From: an uncultured Acidobacteriaceae bacterium
GTDB taxonomy: Bacteria > Acidobacteriota > Terriglobia > Terriglobales > Acidobacteriaceae
Length of the DNA stretch: 64,000 nucleotides
Assembly: GCA_963701835.1 (NCBI GenBank)
Contig: CAVPBL010000017.1
Location: 97,116-161,115 of the forward strand
Direction: 5' to 3'
How positions within the stretch are numbered: the first letter of the stretch is position 1; each line of letters opens with the position of its first letter. Shown here one piece after another: positions 44,419 through 53,787 of this stretch. Made by a program: the position numbers and the translations under genes. The notes under the pieces are model-generated. The model saw only the letters and a list, made by a program, of their open reading frames with translations, was not told where the DNA came from and ran no database searches.

Positions 44419-44613
44419 CTACGTTAGCGACGAGCTGATTTCATTGAATACAGTGCTTACGGCCGTGGCAACATGCCTCACGCCGGCAATGGCTCCCAGC
44501 GCAATCAGGGTCACCAGCAACGCATATTCAACCAGATCCTGACCAGCCTCGCTGTGCCTCAGGTCCTGGAGCTTCAAGTGCACCTGGAGAATGGTCTTCC
44601 CAAAACGGTTCAT
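44419..44613 (-). CDS. flp: Flp type IVb pilin (copy 4)
   Basis: G|QDLVEYALL motif; 64 aa. Confidence 0.93.
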   Translation of the reverse strand: MNRFGKTILQVHLKLQDLRHSEAGQDLVEYALLVTLIALGAIAGVRHVATAVSTVFNEISSSLT

Positions 44614-44890
44614 CTCATCTCGCCTATCTATTCTTCCCGTTCGGTGATCTTTCCGGATGAGCCGCGGCGCGGCACGCCTGACTTGCACCAGGGCGATTCC
44701 CGTGTCTTCCACTGAACCGGTGGCGGATAAACGCGAACAGGAACCCGCGCGGTCGCGTTTTCCTGGCCGTTCAAAGCACTTCTTTTTGAGAGCAGTCAGC
44801 CCTTGCGGGGAGAGTACATCCCAGCTTATGGCCGGATGCGCATGTCCCCGCGAAGATGCAGAACCCTCTGGTCTGTTGGAAAACGTGGAA

Positions 44891-45076
44891 CTACGCCAGC
44901 GAGCTGCTGATTTGGTTGAACACGGTGGTCACGGCAGTCGCCACATGGCTGACACCGGTAATGCACACGAGGGCAATCAGCGCAACCAACAGTGCATACT
45001 CGACCAGGTCCTGGCCTTCTTCGCTATTCTTCAGGCTATGGAATTTCGCATACAGCTTCAACAGTGTGTTCTTCAT
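44891..45076 (-). CDS. flp: Flp type IVb pilin (copy 3)
   Basis: G|QDLVEYALL motif; RBS GGAGG; 61 aa. Confidence 0.95.
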   Translation of the reverse strand: MKNTLLKLYAKFHSLKNSEEGQDLVEYALLVALIALVCITGVSHVATAVTTVFNQISSSLA

Positions 45077-45347
45077 TTGTGGTTCCTCCCTATCCGTGGT
45101 TTTCCAGCCTGAGCCGGCGTACGGCGTGCCTTGTTTTCCGTTTCGCGAGCGAACGCTCGCGTCTTTCACAGTCAGAGGAACGGATGAAACCAAACAAGAA
45201 ATTACGCGGTTTGCATCTTCTTCGTCGTTCGTTGCTCTCTCTTTCAGAGCCATTAACCTTGCAGGGAGAGTACGTTCCGGATTCATGCCGGAGGCGCTTC
45301 TCTCCCGCCAGAATTCTCGGGCCCAGCATGAGTTGTGCGGCCAGCAA

Positions 45348-45533
45348 TTACGCCAGCGAGCTGCTGATCTGGTTGAACACGCTGTTCACAGCAGTGGCCA
45401 CATTGTTGACGCCGGTGATGCACACGAGTGCGATCAGGGCAACCAGCAATGCATACTCAACCAGGTCCTGACCGTCTTCGCTGTTCCTCAGGCCCTGGAA
45501 TTTCACGTAGAGCTTCAAAAGTGTATCGCGCAT
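45348..45533 (-). CDS. flp: Flp type IVb pilin (copy 2)
   Basis: G|QDLVEYALL motif; RBS GGAG; 61 aa. Confidence 0.95.
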   Translation of the reverse strand: MRDTLLKLYVKFQGLRNSEDGQDLVEYALLVALIALVCITGVNNVATAVNSVFNQISSSLA

Positions 45534-45766
45534 GTCGTATCTCCTTTGGTGATACTCCGGCCTGAGCCGGCATTGTTCACTTCCACGATCTCTTGTGATT
45601 TCGCACAGACAAGAACCAGGTGCTCGGTTTGTTCATCCCTGCCGGTTGCCTGTTGCTCTGCATTAAGAGCGGTTGACCTCGCGCAGGAGGACACGTTTCG
45701 CAAATTACGCAACAGCGCATCCCCCGCGAAGGAGCTGAGGTTCAGGGCTGTGTTGTGGCGATGAAA

Positions 45767-45952
45767 CTACGCCAGCGAGCTGCTGATCTGGTTGAACACG
45801 GTCGTGACCGCCGTGGCAACGTGTGTAACGCCGGCGATGACCGCGAGAGCAATCAGGCAAACTAGAAGGGCGTACTCGACCAGATCCTGGCCTTCTTCAC
45901 GATTCATCAGGCTCTGCAGCTTCACATAGAGCGCAAGAAACAGGTTATTCAT
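45767..45952 (-). CDS. flp: Flp type IVb pilin (copy 1)
   Basis: G|QDLVEYALL motif; RBS GGAG; 61 aa. Confidence 0.95.
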   Translation of the reverse strand: MNNLFLALYVKLQSLMNREEGQDLVEYALLVCLIALAVIAGVTHVATAVTTVFNQISSSLA

Positions 45953-46006
45953 TTAGTTCTCTCCGAGAGTTCAAAGTCCCAGCCTCAGCCGGGCAGCCAT
46001 CTACCC

Positions 46007-46022
46007 TGCACCTGGCGTGCCA
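46007..46022 (-). promoter_or_regulatory. Sigma54 (-24/-12) promoter of the flp array
   Basis: TGGCACG-CCAG-GTGCA with exact GG-N10-GC spacing, about 55 nt upstream of flp1. Confidence 0.75.
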
Positions 46023-46315
46023 TTCTCGGACAAAATGAAGTGGCTTTAGAATCAATATCTTGCGAAAATGCGCTACCCGGTAAGCTTTCGCCGGTTGTAT
46101 ACGCTTGTTTACAGCCGCTGAACCATCGACCCGTGCCGTATACATTACCTGCGGCTCGTCTTCGCACGAATTGCCTCGGATCGCCTTGGCAATCCCGGCA
46201 ATTTCACAACTGCTGTACACTCCTTGCCGCCATTGGCGGTCTCCTTCTGAGCTCAAGGAGTTTGTAGTGGCCGGGGTTAGCCCGCAGCCTCAGGAACTGC
46301 CGTAGAATAGCCTCC

Positions 46316-47498
46316 ATGGCAAGCAAGCTGGATCTTCCCTCAGCGCAGGGGCGCCGCGACTTTGCTGAAGTTGCGATTGCCGTTGTCGCGGGGCTGGCGC
46401 TTGCCCTCACCATCCTCTTCATTTTCGCCGTGCCTATTGCCGGCAAATTGGCTGCCTCATCGCGACTTTGTCTCCTACTGGGCCACCGGCCAGCAGCTTG
46501 TCCACCACGCCAACCCGTACGACCGCGAGCGGTCTCTGCGCTGGAACACTCTGCCGGCCTGGACGTGCGGGCCGTCCTCATCATGCGCAATCCGCCCTGG
46601 GCGCTGCCGCTTGCCTACCCCCTCGGTTTTCTCGGGCTGCGCGTCGCGGCCATTTTGTGGACCCTCCTCCTCCTCGCCTGCCTGTTGATCTCCGTTCGCA
46701 TGGTTCGCGAGCTGCACGGCTCTCCTCCCAATCGCATCCACTGGCTCGGGCTCGCATTCACGCCGGCCCTGATCTGCATCACCATCGGCCAGACCTCGCT
46801 TTTTGCGCTCTTGGGCCTGGTCCTGTTCCTGCGCTTCCATCGCTGCCATCCATTCTCCGCTGGAGCGGCGCTCTGGCTTTGCGCGCTCAAACCGCACCTG
46901 TTCCTGCCCTTCGCAGCTGCGCTGCTTGCCTGGATTGTCGTCTCGCGCAGCTACAGGCTGCTGGCCGGCGCAGCCACCGCTCTGGCGTTGACCAGCGCGG
47001 CTGCCTTCCTCGTGGACCCAACGGCATGGCCTGACTACATCCGCTTGATGCGCTCGCCCGCCGTCGAGAACGACTTTATTCCCTGTCTCGCCGGCGTCAT
47101 GCGCCATTGGCTCGATCCCCAGGCTATCTGGCTCCAGTACCTCCCTGCCGCGCTGTGCTGCCTCTGGGCACTCATCTACTTCTGGCGCCGCCGCAACCAG
47201 TGGGATTGGCTAACCTGCAGCAGCCCGCTGATGCTGGTTTCGCTCCTGGCCGCGCCCTACTGCTGGTTCTACGATCAGTGCCTCGCCATTCCCGCCTTGC
47301 TCGATGGCGCCTACGCGACCCGCTCACGAAACCTTCTGGCGGTTCTCGCGCTGGCGATTCTTGTCATCGATATCGAAATCTGCGCCCTCCCGATCGTATC
47401 GCCGTTCTATCTTTGGACTGCCCCTGCCTGGCTCGCGTGGTACCTTCTCGCGCGCGCGGCGAGAAGCGCCGCGCTCTCCAACTCAACAACTCATGTAG
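46316..47498 (+). CDS. GT87 (DUF2029) membrane glycosyltransferase, paralog 1 (frameshifted)
   Basis: DFVSYWATGQQL...NPYD, RNPPW, GQ, LKPHL, PY.W.YD; -10 TAGAAT 7 nt before the ATG. Confidence 0.85.
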
Positions 47499-47508
47499 AA
47501 TGCTCTCC

Positions 47509-48708
47509 ATGTCATCCAGAGTTGACCCTCCGATCGTGCAGGAGCACCACGATTTCGCCGAGGTGTCGACAGGGATTGTCATCGGGCTGGGGCTCACTTT
47601 TACTCTGATCGCCGTCTTTGCTGTCCCGCTGGCCGGCAATTTGGCCGGTACCCGCGACTTTGTCGAATACTGGGCCTCCGGCCAGCAGCTCGTTCACCGC
47701 GCCAACCCATACGACCCCGACGCGCTCTCGGCACTCGAACACTCCGCCGGCTGGAATGCACAGACCCTGGTCGTCATGCTCAATCCTCCTTGGGCACTTC
47801 CGGTGGTTTACCCTCTTGGTTTTCTCGGTCTTCGCTGCGCGGCAGTGCTCTGGAACGTCTTCCTCCTCGCCTGCGTCCTGATCTCCGTGCGCATGGTGCG
47901 CCTCATGCACGGCTCACCGCCAAATCGCATCCATTGGCTCGGAATCGCATTCACGCCCCTCATCCTGGGGCTCGCCATGGGACAGCTTTCCATCCTGGCT
48001 CTGTTCGGATTGGTTTTGTTCTTGCGTTTCCATCAACGCCGGCCCTTCCTGAGCGGAGCGGCACTCTGGCTCTGTGCCCTTAAACCGCAACTCTTTCTGC
48101 CTTTCGCGGCCGCCCTGTTTGCCTGGATCCTGGCGACGCGCAGTTATAGGGTGGTTGCTGGCGCTGCCGCGGCCCTCGCCGTGAGCACTGCCGCTGCCTT
48201 CCTCATTGACCCTCACGCATGGCCCGAATACATCCGCATCATGCATTTGCCGGGGCTCAAGGATCAATTCATCCCCTGCCTCGCCGGCGCCTTTCGCCAT
48301 TGGCTCGATCCTCAGGCGAGTTGGCTCAGCTTCCTGCCCGCCGCCGCAGCCTGTGTCTGGGCGCCGATCTACTATTGGCGGCGACGTTCGTCGTGGAGCT
48401 GGACCGCAAACGGCAGTCTGCTGATCCTCGTTTCTCTGGTAGTTGCGCCATACGGTTGGATTTACGATCAATGTTGTGCGTTGCCGTCAATCTTGCATGG
48501 TGCTTATGTCACGCGCTCTCGCAATCACCTTACCGCGCTCGCGCTGTTGATCCTTCTGGCCGACATTCAGCTTTGCGCTGTTGGATCCTTTTCACCGCTT
48601 TCGTCGCCTCTCTGGCTTTGGACAGCCCCCGCCTGGCTGGCATGGTTTCTCCTGGCGCGCTCCTCCGCCCAGGGCGCTCCCGCGCACCCGGTTGCGGCAC
48701 CCTTCTGA
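47509..48708 (+). CDS. GT87 (DUF2029) membrane glycosyltransferase, paralog 2
   Basis: DFVEYWASGQQL...NPYD, NPPW, GQ, LKPQL, PYGWIYD; -10 TAGAAT 7 nt before the ATG. Confidence 0.88.
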   Translation: MSSRVDPPIVQEHHDFAEVSTGIVIGLGLTFTLIAVFAVPLAGNLAGTRDFVEYWASGQQLVHRANPYDPDALSALEHSAGWNAQTLVVMLNPPWALPVVYPLGFLGLRCAAVLWNVFLLACVLISVRMVRLMHGSPPNRIHWLGIAFTPLILGLAMGQLSILALFGLVLFLRFHQRRPFLSGAALWLCALKPQLFLPFAAALFAWILATRSYRVVAGAAAALAVSTAAAFLIDPHAWPEYIRIMHLPGLKDQFIPCLAGAFRHWLDPQASWLSFLPAAAACVWAPIYYWRRRSSWSWTANGSLLILVSLVVAPYGWIYDQCCALPSILHGAYVTRSRNHLTALALLILLADIQLCAVGSFSPLSSPLWLWTAPAWLAWFLLARSSAQGAPAHPVAAPF

Positions 48709-48873
48709 GGCGCAGGAACACTGTTGGAGCAGGTCTTCAATCGCCGGCTCCGTGCGCCAGAATTCCACGCCCCGCAACCGCCGGTCGATCCTGTACGCCC
48801 GATATAATTGCGTTGACCGGGAATACGGCTCAGCGAAAACAAAGTTCAATTGCAAGAGAAAGGCCCACTGCCG

Positions 48874-50033
48874 ATGAAGAAGGAGAACGACATCGCTGTG
48901 CTTTTTGTCGCGATTGCATGCGCGCTGGCGGTTGTCTTCACCACCCTCTTTCTCGCGCTGATGCCGTTCAATCGCAATATCGTCACCCGGCGCGATTTCA
49001 TCGTCTACTGGGCCACCGGCCAGCAACTCGTCCATCATGGCAATCCCTACGACCCTGACGCGCTGAATCGCATCGAGCGCGACGCTGGATTCCAAGGTGG
49101 AACTTCCTACTACATGCGCAATACACCCTGGACCCTGCCGCTGGCGCTGCCATTGGGCTACCTCGGCCCCATGGCTGCGGCGCTCCCGTGGTCGCTGGTG
49201 ATGCTGGCCCTCCTCTTCGCCTCAGTCCGCACTCTTTGGAAGCTCTTTGGCGCTGCCGGAAACGGCCTCGACTGGCTCGGCTATTGCTTTCCGCCGGCGT
49301 TGTTCTGCGTCATTCTCGGCCAAACTTCCATTCTGCTGCTCTTCGGATTGGTTCTCTTTCTTCGCCTTCACAAGACTCGGCCCTTTGCGGCTGGCGCGGC
49401 GCTCTGGCTGTGTACACTCAAGCCGCACCTGTTTCTTCCCTTTGCCCTTGTCCTGCTCGTCTGGATCTTCGTCTCGCGCAGTTACCGCATCCTGGCCGGC
49501 GGTGTTGCGGCCTTCGCGGCGGGCGCAGTTGTCACTCTTTGCATCGATCCCCACGCCTGGAGTCAGTACACTCTACTACATGCGCACTTCGGTCATCACG
49601 CGCGAATTCACCCCGTGCCTCGGCGACGTTCTGCGCGATTGATCCACCCCTCCGCGGAGTGGCTCGCCTTCGTGCCCTGCCATGATGGGGTGCATCTGGG
49701 CGCTGGCTTACTTTTGGCCGCGCCGCCGCTCCTGGGATTGGTTTGAGAACGGCAGCCTGCTCGTGCTCGTCTCCATCTTCGTCGCGCCCTTCGGCTGGAT
49801 CTTCGATCAGTCCCTGGCGATTCCGGCGATCCTGTATCGCCGTCTCCAGGAATCCCTCCAGGGGCATCCTCTCGGCTCTCGCGCTGATCTATATCGCGAT
49901 CGAGATTCAGATCGTCTCACACTTCGCGCTGCACTCGGCGGCTTATCTTTGGCCCGCGCCTGCGTGGATCGTGTGGTATCTCTTTGCGCGCGCCTCTGCA
50001 CGCGAGGCCCCCGCCATCGCCGTGTCTGTCTAA
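48874..50033 (+). CDS. GT87 (DUF2029) membrane glycosyltransferase, paralog 3 (frameshifted)
   Basis: DFIVYWATGQQL...NPYD, GQ, LKPHL, PFGWIFD. Confidence 0.85.
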
Positions 50034-50061
50034 CCCGCATTTCTCACACTGCGCAAAAACC

Positions 50062-50156
50062 TGTACCGCCGGTCTCCAGGCCGGGGTCCCCAACGAGCGT
50101 GCTTTTGGCTCGTTGGGGTGGGAGACCGGCTGTGGCGGGGGTCTCCAGACCCCCGC
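50062..50156. repeat. Composite REP element with a nested second palindrome
   Basis: GCCGGTCTCCA[ggccggggtccccaacgagc...gctcgttggggtgg]GAGACCGGCTGT plus GCGGGGGTCTCCAGACCCCCGC. Confidence 0.7.
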
Positions 50157-50229
50157 ATGGCAAACGACGGCCGCAAATCTGCCCCGTTCCCCACCGTCGA
50201 GACGGCTGTAAAGAATGCAGGTTAATTGT

Positions 50230-50674
50230 CTAAGATCTGTTGTCTTCTGCGGGAGCAGGCCCTATCTCGACCGTGTCTCCTCGTTCCGTACGCGTCTCGC
50301 GAACCGTCCCGGCGGGAAGTTCCAGCACGCTGTGCGCCGTCAGGCATGCCGACACCCGCCAGGGACCTACGCTGTGCCGCACTTTCCTGATGCGGTTTTG
50401 CCGGTCCAGATAGACAAGATCGATGGGGAATCTCATGAAAAACGTGTGCACTGACTCGCAGGGAGCGATCCACAGCCCTTCGCCGGACAAAAGGCCTTCG
50501 CGCCCCAACAGTCCTTTTCTGCGCGTATGCGCTCGAGTGTGCGGCTTCAAGCCGCGTGGCCAGAACTGTGCCGCGCGTTACGTTCAGCACCTGCAACGGT
50601 CCCTGAGGGGCTGCCGCAGGACGCGGAGCAAAGAACTGCCCCACCATCTTCGCGATCCTTCGCAATGGATTCAT
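50230..50674 (-). CDS. DUF192 domain protein (frameshifted)
   Basis: RKGLLGR, GEGLWIAPCESVHTFFMRFPIDLVYLD, SVLELPAG. Confidence 0.9.
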
Positions 50675-50720
50675 CTGCGTCTCCAAGCTTCCCCATTTCA
50701 CTGCCAGGAATCCGCAGGCA

Positions 50721-52324
50721 CTATTGCTGCGGCGGCGCTCCCGTTGACCCGGTCGCGGCGCCGCCTGAATTGATCACTGCGCCCCCCGTCCCGAACCCAC
50801 CCGTCCCGCTCTCGATGACCAGCGGCTTCTCCGGCTTCATGCTCTCAATCAGCTTCTCCACCGGAATCGATTGAGGGGGTGGCGGCAGCGTGTTTTCCGC
50901 CGTCTTCTCATCCGGTTGGTGCATGGGAATATTCGAGTTGGGCGGCAGGAAATGGTACAGGATAATTGAGCGCCGGCGGTGGCGTGCCTGCCGCGAGCGG
51001 CGCCACGATCTCTGGCGTGACAATCACGATCAGTTCGGTATCGTTCTTCGTCCTCGACTCGGACTGGAACAGTTTGCCGAGGATCGGAATGTCGCCCAGA
51101 AACGGAATCTTCTGGAAAGTGTCCGTCATGCTCTTGTCCAGCAGGCCGCCGATGATGAAGCTTTGGCCATCGGACAGCTCCACCTCGGTATTCACTCTGC
51201 GCGTGGTTAGGCCCGGCACGTTGAACCCTGAGATTGACACTTCGTTGGCTATAGTCGAGGGCGCTCACCTCCGGCGCCACCTGCAGCCGGATCGTTCCCC
51301 GAGGCGTAATGGTGGGGATGAAATTGAGCCGGATGCCGTATTCCTTGAACTCGATGCTCACTGCGGCCGTGCCACCCGACGTCCCCGACACAACCGGATA
51401 GGGGAACTCCCCGCCCGCCAGGAAGCTCGCCTCCTTGCCGTTGGCTGCCATCACATTGGGTTCCGCCAACAATTGCACCACTCCCTTGGTCTCCAGAGCA
51501 TGGATATCCGCGCCGACGTTCAGGCCAGGGAAGAATGCAAAAATGCTCCCCTCCTGGGTAAAAGCCGCCGACCCGCCCGTTCCGCTGACCCCTGCCCCAC
51601 TTGACGAACTACTACTATTGCCGATAAGGGGTGGAGTGAACTGGCCGGCCGAAACGCCGCCAACAGCATCTCCCAGACCAAGATCGAACAGGTTGACGCC
51701 AAGGTCGCGGGCCAGGTTTCGATCCACGCTGGCGAACCGCACCTTGATCAGGATCTGCGGTTCCGATTTCGGCACATTCACATCCAGCAGGTTCACGACC
51801 TTCCCCGCCGTCGACGCAATTTGTATCGCCCGCGCCGAGCTGGTCAGATCGTTGACCGTCCCACGCAAAAAGATGCTGTTGTTGCTGTAGGTCACCTTTA
51901 TCGTCTGGCCAGGCAGCTCCGTCCTCAGCTCGCGCCGGATCGCGTCGAGGTTGTCACCCGATACTGCGGCAGTAGGCCGAACCGTCACATTGAAGAACTG
52001 GCGTCCGCCGTGAATGTCCCAGATGATCAGGCTCGTTTCGCCGGGAGCTTTCCCCTCGATCATGATTTCGGTGGGACTGATTGCCGTGGCTTCCGCAATG
52101 TCGCCCAGCCCGACGGCAACGCGCTGGATCGGTTGCGCGCAATCCACCAGTACCGATTTGCCCACCGTCACCGAGAGTTCGTTCGTGGAGTCCTGATACG
52201 TGGCCTCCGCTGCTGGCGGGGGCGGCGAAGCCGGTGCGCTTTGAGCCCGCACGGCCTGCCCCGGACACAGTGCCAATGACAGCGCGCCGCAAGATACGAT
52301 GGTGACCCCAGCCTTCGTTCTCAA
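50721..52324 (-). CDS. cpaC: Tad secretin-like protein RcpA/CpaC (frameshifted)
   Basis: T2SS_N-like start, BON, QILIKVRFASVDR, LAEPN, ASFLAGGEFPYP, FKEYGIRL, KIPFLGDIPILGKLF. Confidence 0.92.
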
Positions 52325-52420
52325 TGCTGTCCCTCGGGTGAAGAGAACTTTTCTTCGGTGGTTTTGCCGCCGTTTATCACGACGATCGAATAGGGTTTCG
52401 CCGCCGGCTTGGCAGCTCTC

Positions 52421-53169
52421 TTATGAGCAGCTTGCGGCGACGCTGGAGGCAGCTTCACTGGCAAAGAGATTGCGCATCGCCGTCGCCGGCACCTTCGCTA
52501 CCTGCGTGTCCAGCGGGTTGCGCAGCACCAGTTGGATCTTCAATGAATTGCTGGCCAGGCTCAACAGTCTCGGCCTGCTCGGGGTTCACCAGCAGGTTTA
52601 CTACCTGCACCTGTTGCGGCTTGCCCTCGGCATCCCTCTGAATGTCGGTGCCTGCGGAGAGAACCTGAATGTTCTGAAGGATCGTCTGTGTCATGACGCC
52701 TTCCGTCGAACCTCGCAGCGCCCGGCGGGTTGCCTGAAACCAGAACGTCCACGCGTGCGCCGGGAATCACGAATCCGGCCACACCCACCACCTCATCCAC
52801 CCTTACCGCGCAGGCTCGCATGCCCGGCGGGATCGTTGGCGCCAATCCGCCGCCGGAGCCAAGACCCGCCAGGTGGCTGTCCAGAATCGGCTCGCCCTGC
52901 GAGATCTGCGCAATCACGCCCCGGCCAATCGCGTCTTCCGGCTTCAGAATCGCGCCCTTCGGCGGCGTGCCCGTCAACGTCATCGTGGTCAGGTCGGCAG
53001 TCGTCAGCACCGCGCCCAGCGGAATGTCCTTGGCTGCCGCGACTACCCGCGTAGTTGCCACGGGCTTGGCCGACGACATTCGCACGCTCACGATGCGATA
53101 GACCATCCATGCGCAGCCGCTGGCGATCACGATTGCGACGAGGAGGATCGTCATGAGTCTTCGATTCAT
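52421..53169 (-). CDS. cpaB: Flp pilus assembly protein CpaB/RcpC (frameshifted)
   Basis: SAF domain VVAAAKDIPLG; GMRACAVRVDEVVGVAGFVIPGARVDVL; ILQNIQVLSAG. Confidence 0.93.
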
Positions 53170-53171
53170 CC

Positions 53172-53465
53172 TTACCCTGCTGGAGCCGGCTCGCGCCAAC
53201 TCCGCCTTTCTCCGCCCGCCTCACTCGCTGCGCCGGGCAAGTCCCTCTCGGCCATCTTCGGAAACTCCGCATCGCTCAGCCACGGCCGCCATCCATCCTC
53301 GTCCGTCGAATCAACGAGCCACGTTCCGCCGCCCCGGATGCGCTCCGAAAAGTTCTCCCTCTTTCCGGAAATGCCGTACACAATACGCCCCGCCAATACG
53401 TCTTCATTGAGCGTGAGCGTGCAGTGCGGTTTCAGTGTAGTCCCCGAAAGCCTCCCCAAATCCAT
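53172..53465 (-). CDS. Hypothetical protein upstream of cpaB
   Basis: ORF with GC-rich third positions abutting cpaB; no motif recognised. Confidence 0.3.
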   Translation of the reverse strand: MDLGRLSGTTLKPHCTLTLNEDVLAGRIVYGISGKRENFSERIRGGGTWLVDSTDEDGWRPWLSDAEFPKMAERDLPGAASEAGGERRSWREPAPAG

Positions 53466-53787
53466 CAGAATCGCCCTTATCTTTCGATAAGGTATCAAAA
53501 GTGCTATGGGGGAAAACACCACAATGAGCGATTCTTAAAGTGGCCACAATGGACCCCCGGAACGGAACAAAACGGCGTCATCCGGCATTCGTTGTCGGCG
53601 GCCCATTCTGCGACCGGTTCATCATGAGTTTACTCGGAGTCCGGAAGCCGCATCTGCATCTTCCGTGTTATAGGCGCGGCAGCCCGCTCGTGCCAAGGTG
53701 GGAACGAATTCACGAAAATCCCTTCCTGCGTGCGTTCGCAAAACTGTCAGCCATTCAGAATATGTCAGAGTGGGGATCGTGCCTTCG

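Larger units (their letters stand above)
44284..45992 (-). ncRNA. Repeated conserved structured elements between flp genes (3' long hairpin and 5' CCGGC-tetraloop hairpin)
   Basis: Hairpins at 45677-45732, 45257-45311, 44801-44855 and 44284-44338; leader hairpins at 45979-45992, 45557-45571 and 45104-45118. Confidence 0.55.

Noticed and set aside
44284-45992. CRISPR array, c-di-GMP-I riboswitches or integron cassettes in the flp region
   Set aside because: The repeats are pilin coding sequences with long homologous spacers; no cas or intI gene, no GEMM consensus and no attC core sites recognised
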